This document shows positions 25,328 to 38,250 of a DNA stretch of 64,000 nt, in pieces; position 1 is the first letter of the stretch, and every line of letters starts with the position of its first letter. The notes below the pieces were generated by a model. The model did not search any database. It saw only the letters and a program-made list of their open reading frames with translations, and was not told the origin of the DNA. The position numbers and the translations under genes are program-made. The DNA comes from Macrostomum lignano (taxonomy: Eukaryota): the NCBI GenBank assembly GCA_002269645.1, contig NIVC01000409.1:62001-126000 (forward strand), in the 5' to 3' direction.

Positions 25328-26096
25328 CAAGGGCTATCATAATAGTAGTGCTACTTTTTACTATATCTCTTGTTCTGCTAATCCAAATGACATCATTTTG
25401 CACAGATTTATAGTGGCAACTCTGTTCATATTAACTTTAACATCATTAAAAGCAGACAATAGAAACAAAAGTTATCAACTAAAATATAGCAGGACTTAAT
25501 TATAGACTTTTAGTAAGTCAACGAGTTAACAAAATTTCGAAGTGGTAGCTGACAAATTGGTAACTGTCTACAGTGAATGCTGCAAAATGACTGCAGTAAA
25601 TGACTGCTAAGACCTATGAGCCAACAAAAGTTGAGCATGAATCTTGGCTTAACTGTGCCCTATCCCCCAAAGGGTATATATAATACTCCTCTGAGCAACA
25701 CTTGAATGCACATCCAAGAATTTAGTAGAGCAAAAAGATGGAACAAAATCAATAAAGCTGAAGCCTAGTTTGAAATATTCTATTGCTTTAAAAGCTATAT
25801 GCTTCTCCAAGTTTTTCCATTGATATCTTTTTGTCACAGCAGCCTAAAAATGTCTGAGTGCATTCAATCAAAAGTACTTTTGCTACTTTCTGCTAGCTTG
25901 TCGAATTACTGTAAGTCTATGGTTGAGGTCCTGCTACATTTTAGTTTATAATCTTTGTTTCCATTGTCTGTTTTTAATGATGTTACAGATAATATAAAGG
26001 AGAGAGTTGCTGCTATAAATCTGTGCAAAATGATGTTATTTGGATCAGCAGCAAAAGAGATAGTGAAAAGTATAACTACTTTTGGGACAGCCCTTG
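25328..26096. mobile_element. 769-bp old mariner-type non-autonomous element with ~190-bp diverged TIRs
   Basis: TA|CAAGGGCTATCATAATAGTA ... reverse complement CAAGGGCTGTCCCAAAAGTA|TA; TA flanks at 25326-27 and 26097-98. Mirror ORFs 25305-25499(+) and 25906-26115(-) share IILHRFI.ATL. Termini resemble mariner CGAGGG.. after CpG decay. Confidence 0.75.
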
Positions 26097-26686
26097 TACA
26101 ATGTGTTATACACAATTTGATTTACTGTCATTTTCCCTAATTAATTTGACAAGCATAGTTAGGCACATAGACAGTGCTAGGAAAAATGAGGCTTATCAAG
26201 TATCAATATTGGGCACTATGTGTATTAGATTATACATTATGACTAGCAAACCTTAAAAAATTATAGATTAAAATAAACAATTGATACAATATGAATAATA
26301 CAGTATATATGATATATTATTAGGCCTATGACATTGAATAAAATGCAAACAAAAGCATAATAATTTCTTTAGTTCCTTATTATATTTTGTCAAAAGTAAT
26401 AAAAAGTATTGTCATAAAAAATTTCTAACTTACTAAATCTGTCAAAATTTAATAACTAATCATGTTGGCTAAATTGGCCAACATTTGCCCATGGATAATT
26501 AATCTATTGAGAATATTCTTCACATTTGAAACTATAGAAATTTATATAATGAGAAAAGTTTTGGATAATTATATTTGCATATCTTATAGCTATCATTACA
26601 GACTCAGATTTTCCTAATATCAGTTTCTTGTTTTATAAACTTCTGCAGAATAATACTTCAAAAGTCTAACAGCATTCAACAAAAAT

Positions 26687-29600
26687 ATGTCTACTACCAT
26701 AGCAGATCCTGCAACTGAGTCTGAGGACTCTAGCAGCGTAGTCATAGTCTGGAAGTCGGAGTTGTACCAGCTTCAACAGGCTGCACCAAATCCTTTACCA
26801 GTGCTGGCAGTGCATCAGCCCCCAAATCCACCAGCTCAGTATGGCCCAGAGTATCATGGACCAATTGACAGAGCCGAAACTGAACAGCTATTAGCTAAAG
26901 CTGGCCAAGGTGCATTTTTAATACGCGATTCTAGCCGGAATCCTGGACAGTACACCCTCTCAATCAGATTTGATGAAGAGAATAAACATTTTCATTTGTA
27001 CTATGACTCCGATGTTGGCGAGCATTGGGTTGGAGAGAAACGATTTAACAATGTGTCAGATCTAGTAGCAGATGGACTGATTCATTTCTATGTTGAGACT
27101 AGGGGTGCTCACATATTGAAAGCGTTGGCTCAGGATGCGGCCACTGTGTATGAGGAGTCGCCCTATTATACTGCTAGGTGAGCACATGCTTTATTTATTA
27201 TCATATCAGTTTCAGTGTTTATTTTTAGACTTCATCAAACCCTTCTGAGTGCCACAATAGTACAGCTAGTATATCCAATTCCCTAACAGTACAATCTGAC
27301 CCCTAATAGTGCAATCTGACCCCTAACAGTGCAATCTGACCCCTAATAGTACAATCCACCCCAACTAATAGTACAATCCACCCCCTCTAATAGTACAATC
27401 CACCCCTCTAATGTACAATCCACCCCCTCTAATAGTACAATCCACCCCCTCTGATAGTACAATCCACCCCCTCTAATAGTAAAATCCACCCCCTCTGATA
27501 GTACAATCCACCCCCTCTAATACTACAATCCACCCCCTCTGATAGTACAATCCACCCCCTCTAATACTACAATCCAACCCCTCTAATAGTACAATCCACC
27601 CCCTCTAATAGTACAATCCACCCCCTCTAATACTACAATCCAACCCCTCTAATACTACAATCCAACCCCTCTAATACTACAATCCAACCCCTCTAATACT
27701 ACAATCCAACCCCTCTAATAGTACAATCCACCCCCTCTAATACTACAATCCAACCCCTCTAATAGTACAATCCACCCCCTCTAATAGTACAATCCAACCC
27801 CTCTAATAGTACAATCCACCCCCTCTAATAGTACAATCCACCCCCTCTAATAGTACAATCCACCCCTCTAATGTACAATCCACCCCCTCTAATAGTACAA
27901 TCCACCCCTCTAATGTACAATCCACCCCCTCTAATAGTACAATCCACCCCCTCTAATAGTACAATCCACCCCTCTAATGTACAATCCACCCCCTCTAATA
28001 GTACAATCCACCCCCTCTGATAGTACAATCCACCCCCTCTAATAGTAAAATCCACCCCCTCTAATGGTACAATCCACCCTCTAACACTACAATCCACTCC
28101 ACTAATACCAAAATCACTTTTCCAATCATAATATCTTAGCAAGGCAATGAATAAATTGCTCCATGAATACCGCCACGCCACTCAGGTACTACACTCTACA
28201 AAGTCGGGGCTGGCGCCGTAGGCTCGCGCCAAATTCAGCTGCCGGCGCCAGCGCTAGCGCGGCAAACTCTGGCGCTAATCTAATCAGACGAGACTCCCGT
28301 CTGCTGTACCTGCAACAGCAGGAGCAGCGCCACAGGCGAGCCAGCGAAGATGGCGCCGCATCCTCAGTGTCATCTCTGTCGCCTAGCATAGCGGCCCCCG
28401 TCGCTGTGGTCGTATCTTCCCTGTCTCCGGCTATTCCATCGACTAATTCAACTCTGGCATCGGCCTCATCTGGACGAGTTGACGATCGAGATAGTAGCAG
28501 TGCAGATGGTGGCAGTAGTTTGAGTTTGAGCTCGGCTAGCTGTTGCGATACGGGCAAATATGAGAAGGCGCATTGTTTTCGTTTGACTACGTTTAAAGGG
28601 CCGCATTGGTGCGATTTCTGCCAGCACTTCATGTGGGGACTTATTGCACAGGTTAGCGGGGTCTTTGTTTATTGCTGGTTTATTTATGTGCGGCTGGCTT
28701 CTTGGTGTGTGTGTAGGAAGAGTTCAAAGGTCAGGATATGTAGCTTCAGGGAGTGCTTGATGGGTTCAGGGACTGATGGTTGCTTCAGGGACTGATGGTT
28801 GCTTCAGGGACTGATGGTTGCTTCAGGGACTGATGGTTGCTTCAGGGAGTGGTTGATGGGTTCAGTGACCGATGGTTGCTTCAGGGAGTGGTTGATGGGT
28901 TCAGGGACTCATGGTTGCTTCAGGGACTGATGGTTGCTTCAGGGAGTGATTGATGGGTTCAGTGACCGATGGTTGCTTCAGGGAGTGGTTGATGGGTTCA
29001 GGGACTCATGGTTGCTTCATGGACTGATGGTTAATGGGTTCAGGGACTGATGGTTGCTTCAGGGACTGATGGTTGCTTCAGGGACTGATGGTTGCTTCAG
29101 GGACTGATGGTTGCTTCAGGGACTGATGGTTGCTTCAGGGACTGATGGTTGCTTCAGGGACTGATGGTTGCTTCAGGGACTGATGGTTGCTTCAGGGACT
29201 GATGGTTGCTTCAGGGACTGATGGTTGCTTCAGGGACTGATGGTTGCTTCAGGGACTGATGGTTGCTTCAGGGACTGATGGTAGCTTCAGGGACTGATGG
29301 TTACTTCAGGGACTGATGGTAGCTTCAGAGAGTGATAGTACTGCGTTCAGTGTGTGATCTGATCAGTGTGTAAGGATGATGGGATATTGCAGTTTTTCAA
29401 AGCAAATTACATGCATTGTGCATATTGAAAGCAATTTATCCGATATGTTTAACCAGCATACTGCAGTGAATATGGTGTATGCAAATATTTTATCCCAACT
29501 ATCAAGCGGACTTATTTTCAACATTTTAATGGTTCTATCAATTTTGGTTTCATTAAATTTGCCAAGCTGTAAAGTTACAGCAGACAGACATCTCCTGCAG

Positions 29601-31008
29601 GCATCTCCCACTCTCGCTGTCCCAATTTTCCTGATTCCCACTATCAGCTTGGAATGGTTCTGACACCTAATTTTGATCTAAACCACGTATTTTTAAAATA
29701 TAAGCACCCTATCTGATCCTCCTGGTGCACTCTTGTTTAGAATGTTGAACGAAAAAATGGACTGAGGATTAAGACTTGTTATAATGCAACCCAAATACTC
29801 CCAGATCCCCAATTCTCCCAGAGCCTCAATCTTCCCAGAACCTCAGTCTTCCCAAATCCTCAATTCTCCCAGATCCTCAAACCTCACAGATCCTCAATTC
29901 TTCCAGATCCTCAATCTTCCCAGATCCTCAAACTTCCCAGATCCTCAATCTTCCCAGATACTCAATTCTCTCAGATCCTCAATTCTTCCCAGATCCTCAA
30001 TTCTCCCAGATCCTCAAACCTCACAGATCCTCAATTCTTCCAGATCATCAATCTTCCCAGATCCTCAAACTTCCCAGATCCTCAATCTTCCCAGATACTC
30101 AATTCTCTCAGATCCTCAATTCTTCCCAGATCCTCAATCTTCCCAGATACTCAATTCTCCCAGATCCTCAAACCTCACAGATCCTCAATTCTTCCAGATC
30201 CTCAATCTTCCCAGATCCTCAAACTTCCCAGATCCTCAGTCAACCCAGTGTCGCCACCAACTACAGAGACCCCCAAAACCGTTCTCAGGGCTTCCGCTGC
30301 ACCGACTGCGGCTTCCAAGCCCACCGTCGTTGCGCTGACCGAGTGCCGCCGCACTGCCTGCCAGATATGAAGTACGTGAAACGCGTGTTCGGGTCCGATC
30401 TGACCACCCTGGTCAAGGCCACGCCGCCCACCGCGGTACCCGGCGTTCCGGCCGTGCTCGAACGCTGTGTAGACGAGATCGAATCCCGCGGCCTGGACTC
30501 CGAAGGCCTGTACCGGGTGGCCGGTTTTCACGACGATATCGAAGTGATTAAACTGGCATTCGATAAGGAGACACTAGATAATCCTGTGGATCTGTCACGG
30601 TTTGACGACGTTAACACCGTGGCCAGCGTTTTGAAGGCCTACCTGCGCTCGCTGCCCATCCCTGTGATCACCTACGATATGTACGACAAGTTCCTGGCTG
30701 TTGTACGTCGGGAAGGCGACGATTCAACGGCGCAGTTGAACGCCAGCCTGCGCCAGTGCGTGTCGGAGCTTCCGCCTGCGCATCGGCAGACTCTGAATTA
30801 TCTGTGCCGACATCTGCACCGCGTGGCTGCTAGGCAACGGATCAACATGATGTCGCCAGAGAATCTGGCTATAGTGTTGGCCCCGACTCTGCTAAGATCG
30901 CCAAGCGCCGAATACATTGCAGACCCGTTGCGCGTGTTAAATAATGCCAAGTATGAGAGATTGGTAGTTGAGATGCTGATATCGGAGTATGAGACTGTGT
31001 TTGCGTGA
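26687..31008 (+). CDS. CHN: Chimaerin (SH2-C1-RhoGAP), 558 aa, 3 coding exons
   Basis: Exons 26687-27177, 28186-28651, 30289-31008 (phases 2, 0; 1677 nt). [14 protein letters not shown]-terminus and SH2 ([16 protein letters not shown]); C1 [27 protein letters not shown]|[16 protein letters not shown]; RhoGAP with arginine finger (GLYRVAG). In-frame TAA at 26651 upstream of the ATG; splice acceptor at 26648. Confidence 0.95.
27290..28090. repeat. 22-bp minisatellite (TAGTACAATCCACCCCCTCTAA)n in chimaerin intron 1
   Basis: Read directly. Confidence 0.95.
28740..29330. repeat. 19-bp minisatellite (CAGGGACTGATGGTTGCTT)n, 5' part of chimaerin intron 2
   Basis: Read directly. Confidence 0.95.
29800..30240. 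repeat. Degenerate (CCCAGATCCTCAATTCT)n minisatellite, 3' part of chimaerin intron 2
   Basis: Read directly. Confidence 0.9.
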
Positions 31009-31172
31009 CTGTTTTTAGTCTTTGTTTTAATGTACTTTTTAGCCTATTTTAATTTCCTGCTAGTCCTTTTAACTTTTCTTAATATTGAAGTTTGTCATGT
31101 ACTTTGTCTGCCCATTTAGTTCCCTAATTAACCCCATTATATTTCCCCATTGTATTCCGCATTATATTCCCC

Positions 31173-32200
31173 ATTGAGTCTGATCCTCAGGGTCTAATTC
31201 CTATTGAGTCTGATCCCCAGGGTCTAATCCCCATTCAGTTTGATCCCCACCATTGAGTCTAATCCTCATTGAGTCTGATCCCCATTGAGTCTGATCCTCA
31301 GGGTCTAATTCCTATTGAGTCTGATCCCCAGGGTCTAATCCCCATTCAGTTTGATCCCCACCATTGAGTCTAATCCTCATTGAGTCTAATCCCCATTGAG
31401 TCTGATCCTCAGGGTCTAATTCCTATTGAGTCTGATCCCCAGGGTCTAATCCCCATTCAGTTTGATCCCCACCATTGAGTCTAATCCTCATTGAGTCTGA
31501 TCCCCATTGAGTCTGATCCTCAGGGTCTAATTCCTATTGAGTCTGATCCCCAGGGTCTAATCCCCATTCAGTTTGATCCCCACCATTGAGTCTAATCCTC
31601 ATTGAGTCTAATCCCCATTGAGTCTGATCCTCAGGGTCTAATTCCTATTGAGTCTGATCCCCCGGGTCTAATCCCCATTCAGTTTGATCCCCACCATTGA
31701 GTCTAATCCTCATTGAGTCTGATCCCCATTGAGTCTAATCCCCATTGAGTCTGATCCTCAGGGTCTAATTCCTATTGAGTCTGATCCCCAGGGTCTAATC
31801 CCCATTCAGTTTGATCCCCACCATTGAGTCTAATCCTCATTGAGTCTGATCCCCATTGAGTCTAATCCCCAGGTTCTAATCCCCATTGAGTCTGATCCCC
31901 AGGTTCTAATCCCCATTGAGTCTGATTCCCATTTGAGTCTGATCCCCAGGGTCTAATCCCCATTGAGTCTGATCCCCACCATTGAGCCTGATCCCCACCA
32001 TTGAGTCTGATCCCCATTGAGTCTGATCCCCACCTTTGAGCCTGATCCCCATTGAGTTTGCTCCCCTCATTGAGTCTGATCCCTACCTTTGAGCCTGATC
32101 CCCATTGAGTCTGATCCCCTCATTGAGTCTGATCCCTACCATTGAGTCTGATCCCCATTGAGTCTAATCCCCATTGAGTCTAATCCCCATTGAGTCTAAT
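31173..32200. repeat. Minisatellite of ~16-bp subunits (ATTGAGTCTGATCCCC) with a 111-bp higher-order period
   Basis: Higher-order unit starts at 31173, 31284, 31395, 31506, 31617; simpler array after ~31850. Confidence 0.9.
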
Positions 32201-33185
32201 TCCTATCCTAAGTCTGTTTCCCTAGCTCATTACAATCTGGCTTTTACTAATTGTTTAAGTCGCTTTTTGCTTCTTAGCTTTGCAATAATCTGTAGGATTA
32301 AGAAATAATTAATAACTTATTTAATTAGCATAACTTTTATTAATATCTCATCATTAGACTACTTTGCTGGGCATAATAGTATTTATTGTATCTGTTATAG
32401 TTACCTGTTATTTGGTATTTTTGCCAACAGGTGTCTCTAAATCAATTATGTACTCTGACCGTTACTACTTAGTACATGCTAGTAGTATATATTTAAATGT
32501 GTCATATAGATACTCGTACATGTTTAAAGTCTGCATTACAACAGCTTTCAACTCATATTGCAGCCATTCGATATATGCTAAATGTTAATTCATTCCCATT
32601 GAGTATAACAATTTCAAATTGTTATAACGCACCGCTTTTGTCTCTGCGCTTCACCCACTCGGCATGGAATTTTATTATTCATATTTTATCATATATATAT
32701 ACCCAAAAGTCTTTCATCGTTTGAGAGTTGTTGTGTTAAATTGCATAAAAATAACCTATAAAAGCGAATTAGCATGAATTCAGGGCATTTTTTGTTAAAG
32801 TTTATTTTCATTTTTACTCGTTAACATAGCAAGTAATTCTTTGTGGGACATTAATTTTCAATTAATAAATTGTTTGTTTTATATATAGTATTCATGTATG
32901 TGTGCATGTATTAATATTGATTTTATCTTTGCTTTTATTGATATCTAAGAGGCCTATGCGAATCTTATTGTTATTAATTTCAATTTAATATTGTTAGTGT
33001 TATTTCTAATATTTGCTGTTCCTTGTCTTGTTAACAAACTAACTGCTTTTTTGCTGTCGGCTAAATGGCAATTTATCTACAAAAATAAATATAAAGATGC
33101 GTGTCTTATGCTTTAAATATTGATTAGTAACTGTCTTATTGTGTGTTATTTTGTAAATCGCTCTTTTGTCACTCTTTTGATGTCA

Positions 33186-34232
33186 CTGTGACACTGTGGG
33201 TGTCACTGTGAGTCACTCCTCTGGTGTCACTGTGAGTCACTCTTCTGGTGTCACTGTGAGTCACTCCTCTGGTGTCATAGTGAGTCACTCCTCTGGTGTC
33301 ATAATGAGTCACTCTTCTGGTGTCACTGTGAGTCACTCCTCTGGTGTCATAATGAGTCACTCTTCTGGTGTCACTGTGAGTCACTCCTCTGGTGTCATAA
33401 TGAGTCACTCTTCTGGTGTCACTGTGAGTCACTCCTCTGGTGTCATAATGAGTCACTCTTCTGGTGTCACTGTGAGTCACTCCTCTGGTGTCATAATGAG
33501 TCACTCTTCTGGTGTCACTGTGAGTCACTCCTCTGGTGTCATAATGAGTCACTTTTCTGGTGTCACTGTGAGTCACTCCTCTGGTGTCATAATGAGTCAC
33601 TCTTCTGGTGTCACTGTAAGTCACTCCTCTGGTGTCATAATGAGTCACTCTTCTGGTGTCACTGTGAGTCACTCCTCTGGTGTCATAATGAGTCACTTTT
33701 CTGGTGTCACTGTGAGTCACTCCTCTGGTGTCATAATGAGTCACTCTTCTGGTGTCACTGTAAGTCACTCCTCTGGTGTCATAATGAGTCACTCTTCTGG
33801 TGTCACTGTGAGTCACTCCTCTGGTGTCATAATGAGTCACTCTTCTGGTGTCACTGTGAGTCACTCCTCTGGTGTCATAATGAGTCACTCTTCTGGTGTC
33901 ACTGTGAGTCACTCCTCTGGTGTCATAATGAGTCACTCTTCTGGTGTCACTGTGAGTCACTCCTCTGGTGTCATAATGAGTCACTCTTCTGGTGTCACTG
34001 TGAGTCACTCCTCTGGTGTCATAATGAGTCACTCTTCTGGTGTCACTGTGAGTCACTCCTCTGGTGTCATAATGAGTCACTCTTCTGGTGTCACTGTGAG
34101 TCACTCCTCTGGTGTCATAATGAGTCACTCTTCTGGTGTCACTGTGAGTCACTCCTCTGGTGTCATAATGAGTTACTCTTCTGGTGTCACTGTGAGTCAC
34201 TCCTCTGGTGTCATAATAAGTCACTCTTCTGG
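33186..34232. repeat. 48-bp dimeric satellite (two 24-bp subunits)
   Basis: GTGAGTCACTCCTCTGGTGTCATA-ATGAGTCACTCTTCTGGTGTCACT repeated about 21 times; source of the HSDTRRVTHYDTRGVT ORF. Confidence 0.95.
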
Positions 34233-34809
34233 TGTCGCAGTAAATCACTTATTGAGTATCGCGTGCTGTGAGTCACAAGTATTGGGCACAGAATGCAAGA
34301 GTTCGAATACAAGTATTACCGGAAAATTGGAGTAGCGCTTAGCTAAGCCTAAAGCAATTATTCTTACATTATACATGTCAGTGGTATTACATCTATAGCT
34401 TAGTCAAATATATTTATTGTACACTTACATTTGCATATTTTGCATATGTAAATCTTTTGAACTAAATGATTTGAATTGCATAATATACGTGTACAAGTTT
34501 GCCTGCAAAAACTAGTGGAAGCCTAGCTGCTATGGCAACAATTGCGAATATTTGCAAGTATTCATGTAGCCTAGTAACGTGCGTCCCTTATCTAAATGAA
34601 GACAACTTGCTGCACATTCTACAGTGTATATTTAACTATAAAGTTCATTCACTGCATGTGTGCATATCAGCTCTGCATTTTATTAGTTCAATTTTGCGCT
34701 CTATCTGCTGGTTTATAGCCTCAATGTGGGCGGGTTATAAACACGATATAAATATATTAGTTTTGCTTTTCAGATCGTTAAAAATAAAAAAGCTTTCTGT
34801 TTTAAAACC

Positions 34810-35600
34810 AAGAGACAAGGGCGCCCCACCAAAAGACAGGGGCGCCCTCCAAGAGACAGGGGCACCCTCCAAGAGACAGGGGCGTCCACCAAGAGACAGG
34901 GGCACCCTCCAAGAGACAGGGGCGCCCACCAAGAGACAGGGACACCCTCCAAGAGACAGGGACACCCTCCAAGAGACTGGGGCGCCCACCAAGAGACAGG
35001 GGCGTCCACCAAGAGACAGGGGCACCCTCCAAGAGACAGGGGCGCCCACCAAGAGACAGGGGGCGCCCACCAAGAGACAGGGGGCGCCCACCAAGAGACA
35101 GGGGCACCCTCCAAGAGACAGGGGCGCCCACCAAGAGACAGGGACACCCTCCAAGAAACAGGGAAACCCTCCAAGAGACTGGGGCGCCCACCAAGAGACA
35201 GGGGCGTCCACCAAGAGACAGGGGCACCCTCCAAGAGACAGGGGCGCCCACCAAGAGACAGGGGGCGCCCACCAAGAGACAGGGGGCGCCCACCAAGAGA
35301 CAGGGATGCCAACCAAGAGACAGGGCCGGGCGCCCACTAAGAGACGGGCGCCCGCCAAGAGGTAAGGGGAACCCTCCAAGAGACAGAGGTGCCCACCAAG
35401 AGACAGGGACACCCTCCAAGAGACAGGGGCACCCTCCAAGAGACAGGGGGCGCCCACCAAGAGACAGGGGGCGCCCACCAAGAAACAGGTGGCGCCCACC
35501 AAGAGACAGGGGCGCCCACCAAGAGATAGGGGCGCCCACCAAGAGACAGGGGACGCCATCCAAGAGACATGGGGCGCCAACCAAGAGACAGGGGCGCCCG
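34810..35600 (-). repeat. GC-rich ~20-bp minisatellite (CCAAGAGACAGGGGCGCCCA)n, same family as 5296-5362 and 9203-9400
   Basis: Read directly. Confidence 0.92.
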
Positions 35601-36399
35601 CTAACACTGAGCTACGGCTCCCTTAGAGTTATAAACATTCATGGTTGCGTTACTGTATGTCAAGAATCACTAAGCAGTTGAAAATGCGCAGAAGATTCTA
35701 GGCAGTGAATAGACCGTAAAAAGCTTAATAAAGAAAACAACTTCACCGCACAGCGCCACTAAAGTCGTAACAAGAGAAACCTGGCAAAATGCTAAACAAA
35801 ATTGAGAGAGAGAGAGCTCGATTTCTTTCGCCGAGCTGAAAAAATAGTGCCCGGGTGTATGCATAAACATATACGGTATATGTGGCAAGAAGTGTTTCTT
35901 CTTAAAAAGAAAGAATCCACGTGTGCCGCTATTGCCAAAGGCGCGACTCGCCTCGCGTACTCATTCTGCTTCCAACTAGGCTAGGCTAGAAAATACAGTG
36001 AGAGAGAGAGAGGGTGAGAGAGATTTAGGTACAGAGTGAAGGCGTATTGCAAACATTCTAGGCTTGAGTATATATGCACACACTGTGTATGCCAAACAGC
36101 CATTTCCCTGCTTGTAGTTTTCCTGCAGCCTGGTAAATTACTTTTGCAACACTATTAAATAATGAAGAAGCAGCATTTGATTTATCGATAGATTGATTGA
36201 ATCCCAACATCAGTCAGGACGGCAACAATAGATCATGCTGAAGTCTGATACTGACAGCTATAATTATTCCACCATTGATGAGTCGATTGCTAGCACCGAG
36301 TCCACTCTGCGGTACTGCCTGTGGAAGAAGGTGAGCCGCGATTGGGCTGGCTGGAGCTGGGGAGAGGGAGCGGAAGAGGGAATAGAGAGAAAGGGGAAG

Positions 36400-36532
36400 G
36401 GAAGAAATGAGAGAGGGAGAGGGTAGAGAGAGAGGGGAGGGTAGAGAGAGAGGGGGGAAGGTAGAGAGAGAGGGGAGGGTAGAGAGAGAGGGGGAGGGCA
36501 CAGAGAGAAAGGTGGGAGGGTAGAGAGGGAGG

Positions 36533-36625
<93 letters not shown>

Positions 36626-36890
36626 GGGAGACGCGAGGGTAGAGAGAGAGATGGGGAGGGAAGAGAGAGATGGGGAGGGAAGAGAGAGATGGGAAGGGAA
36701 GAGAGAGGAGGGTAGAGAGAGACGCGAGGGTAGAGAGAAAGAGAGGGGAGGGAGGAGAGAGGAGGCTAGAGAGAGACGCGAGGGTAGAGAGAGAGAGAGA
36801 AAGAGAGGGGAGGGAAGAGAGAGGGGGCAGAGAGAGAGGCGAGGGTAGAGAAAAAAGAGGGGAGGGTAGAGAGAGAGGGAGAGAGGCTGT
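36400..36890. repeat. GA-rich low-complexity tract including pure (GA)n at ~36531-36615
   Basis: Read directly. Confidence 0.95.
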
Positions 36891-37669
36891 CGTCATTCAG
36901 TGGTCCAGCGCGGCGATCTGATGTGCCAGCGGCCCAGGCTCGATTCCAAGTGCAGTCGCATTAATTTGGTGCTCAATTGGAATCTCGGCTTGGCTCTGCT
37001 CGTGCAATTAACGACCTTGAAGGCCAACCTCCAATTAGGAACAGTGAAGTGTACATGCCTGACGATAAATAAAGTTAGGGTCGCTGTACACTCCTGTGTG
37101 AGTGTGTGCCTGCTCAGGGGAGTCGGCAGAATGGGCAGCAATGCCTCTCGCCGGTTGTGACAATGTCGCTTAAAGTGCGCCAGGGTGCACAGAGCCCCCC
37201 CCCCTGTCTATAGAGAGAGAGAGAGTAGCAAAGCTAGAGAAAAATTCAGAAACAATCGAGGTTGAGCAAAGAGCCAACAAGTTGCTCAAGGTGAAATTTA
37301 TGGTTCAATAAGTCACATTCAGAGAATTTTACTGTCAGATGATCAGCCAAAATTAACGTGACCGTTTCTTTTTCGTTTAAAAAGTGCTACAATCTTCAGT
37401 GTAGCAGTTTGAGGTTCAATCACAAAGCAAAGTCAAGCAAAGATAATTCTAACAGCTGTTTCGCTAAAAAGTCGGAGGGAGCCCTCAGCCCCCTTCACTG
37501 TGCACAAACACAAAACTGTCTTGTATAATAAATTTTAATGGGATGCACAGCATGATTGACTCTGACAGCGGGGAAAAGTTTTACATGTAGCTGGGATCTC
37601 TGCAGATGCATTGGCGAACTCTGATTCGTGTGGTTCACAGATACTAATTTTGCAGTACTGGTAATATTC

Positions 37670-38250
37670 TGTCTAACAGTCCTGACGCCCTCTGTCTAAC
37701 AGTCCTGACACCCTCTTCTAACAGTCCTGACACCTCCTGTCTAACAGTCCTGACACCCCCGTGTCTAACAGTCCTGACGCCCTCTGTCTAACAGTCCTGA
37801 CACCCCTGTCTAACAGTACTGACACCCCTGTCTAACAGTCCTGATAACCTGTCTAACAGTACTGACACCCTCTGTCTAACAGTCCTGACACCCTCTGTCT
37901 AACAGTCCCGACACCCCCGTGTCTAACAGTCCCGACACCCCCGTGTCTAACAGTCCCGACACCCTCTATCTAACAGCCCTGACACCCTCTGTCTAACAGT
38001 CCTGACACCCCCGTATCTAACAGTACTGACACCTTCTGTCTAACAGTTCTGACGCCCTCTGTCTAACAGTCCTGATAACCCTGTCTAACAGTCCTGACAC
38101 CCCTGTCTAACAGTCCTGACACCCCCGTGTCTAACAGTCCTGACACCTCCTGTCTAACAGTCCCGACACACTGTCTAACAGTCCTGACACCCCCGTGTCT
38201 AACAGTCCTGACACCCCCGTGTCTAACAGTCCTGACACCCTCTGTCTAAC
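37670..38250. repeat. ~22-bp minisatellite (CTGTCTAACAGTCCTGACACCC)n ending at a splice-acceptor-like site (38263)
   Basis: Read directly. Confidence 0.92.

Noticed and set aside
33169-35607. Long ORFs of 180-379 aa as real genes
   Set aside because: They are periodic translations of minisatellites, open on both strands. The same applies to ORFs at 600-1045, 15407-15935, 16660-17216, 52865-54871 and 58979-59584.
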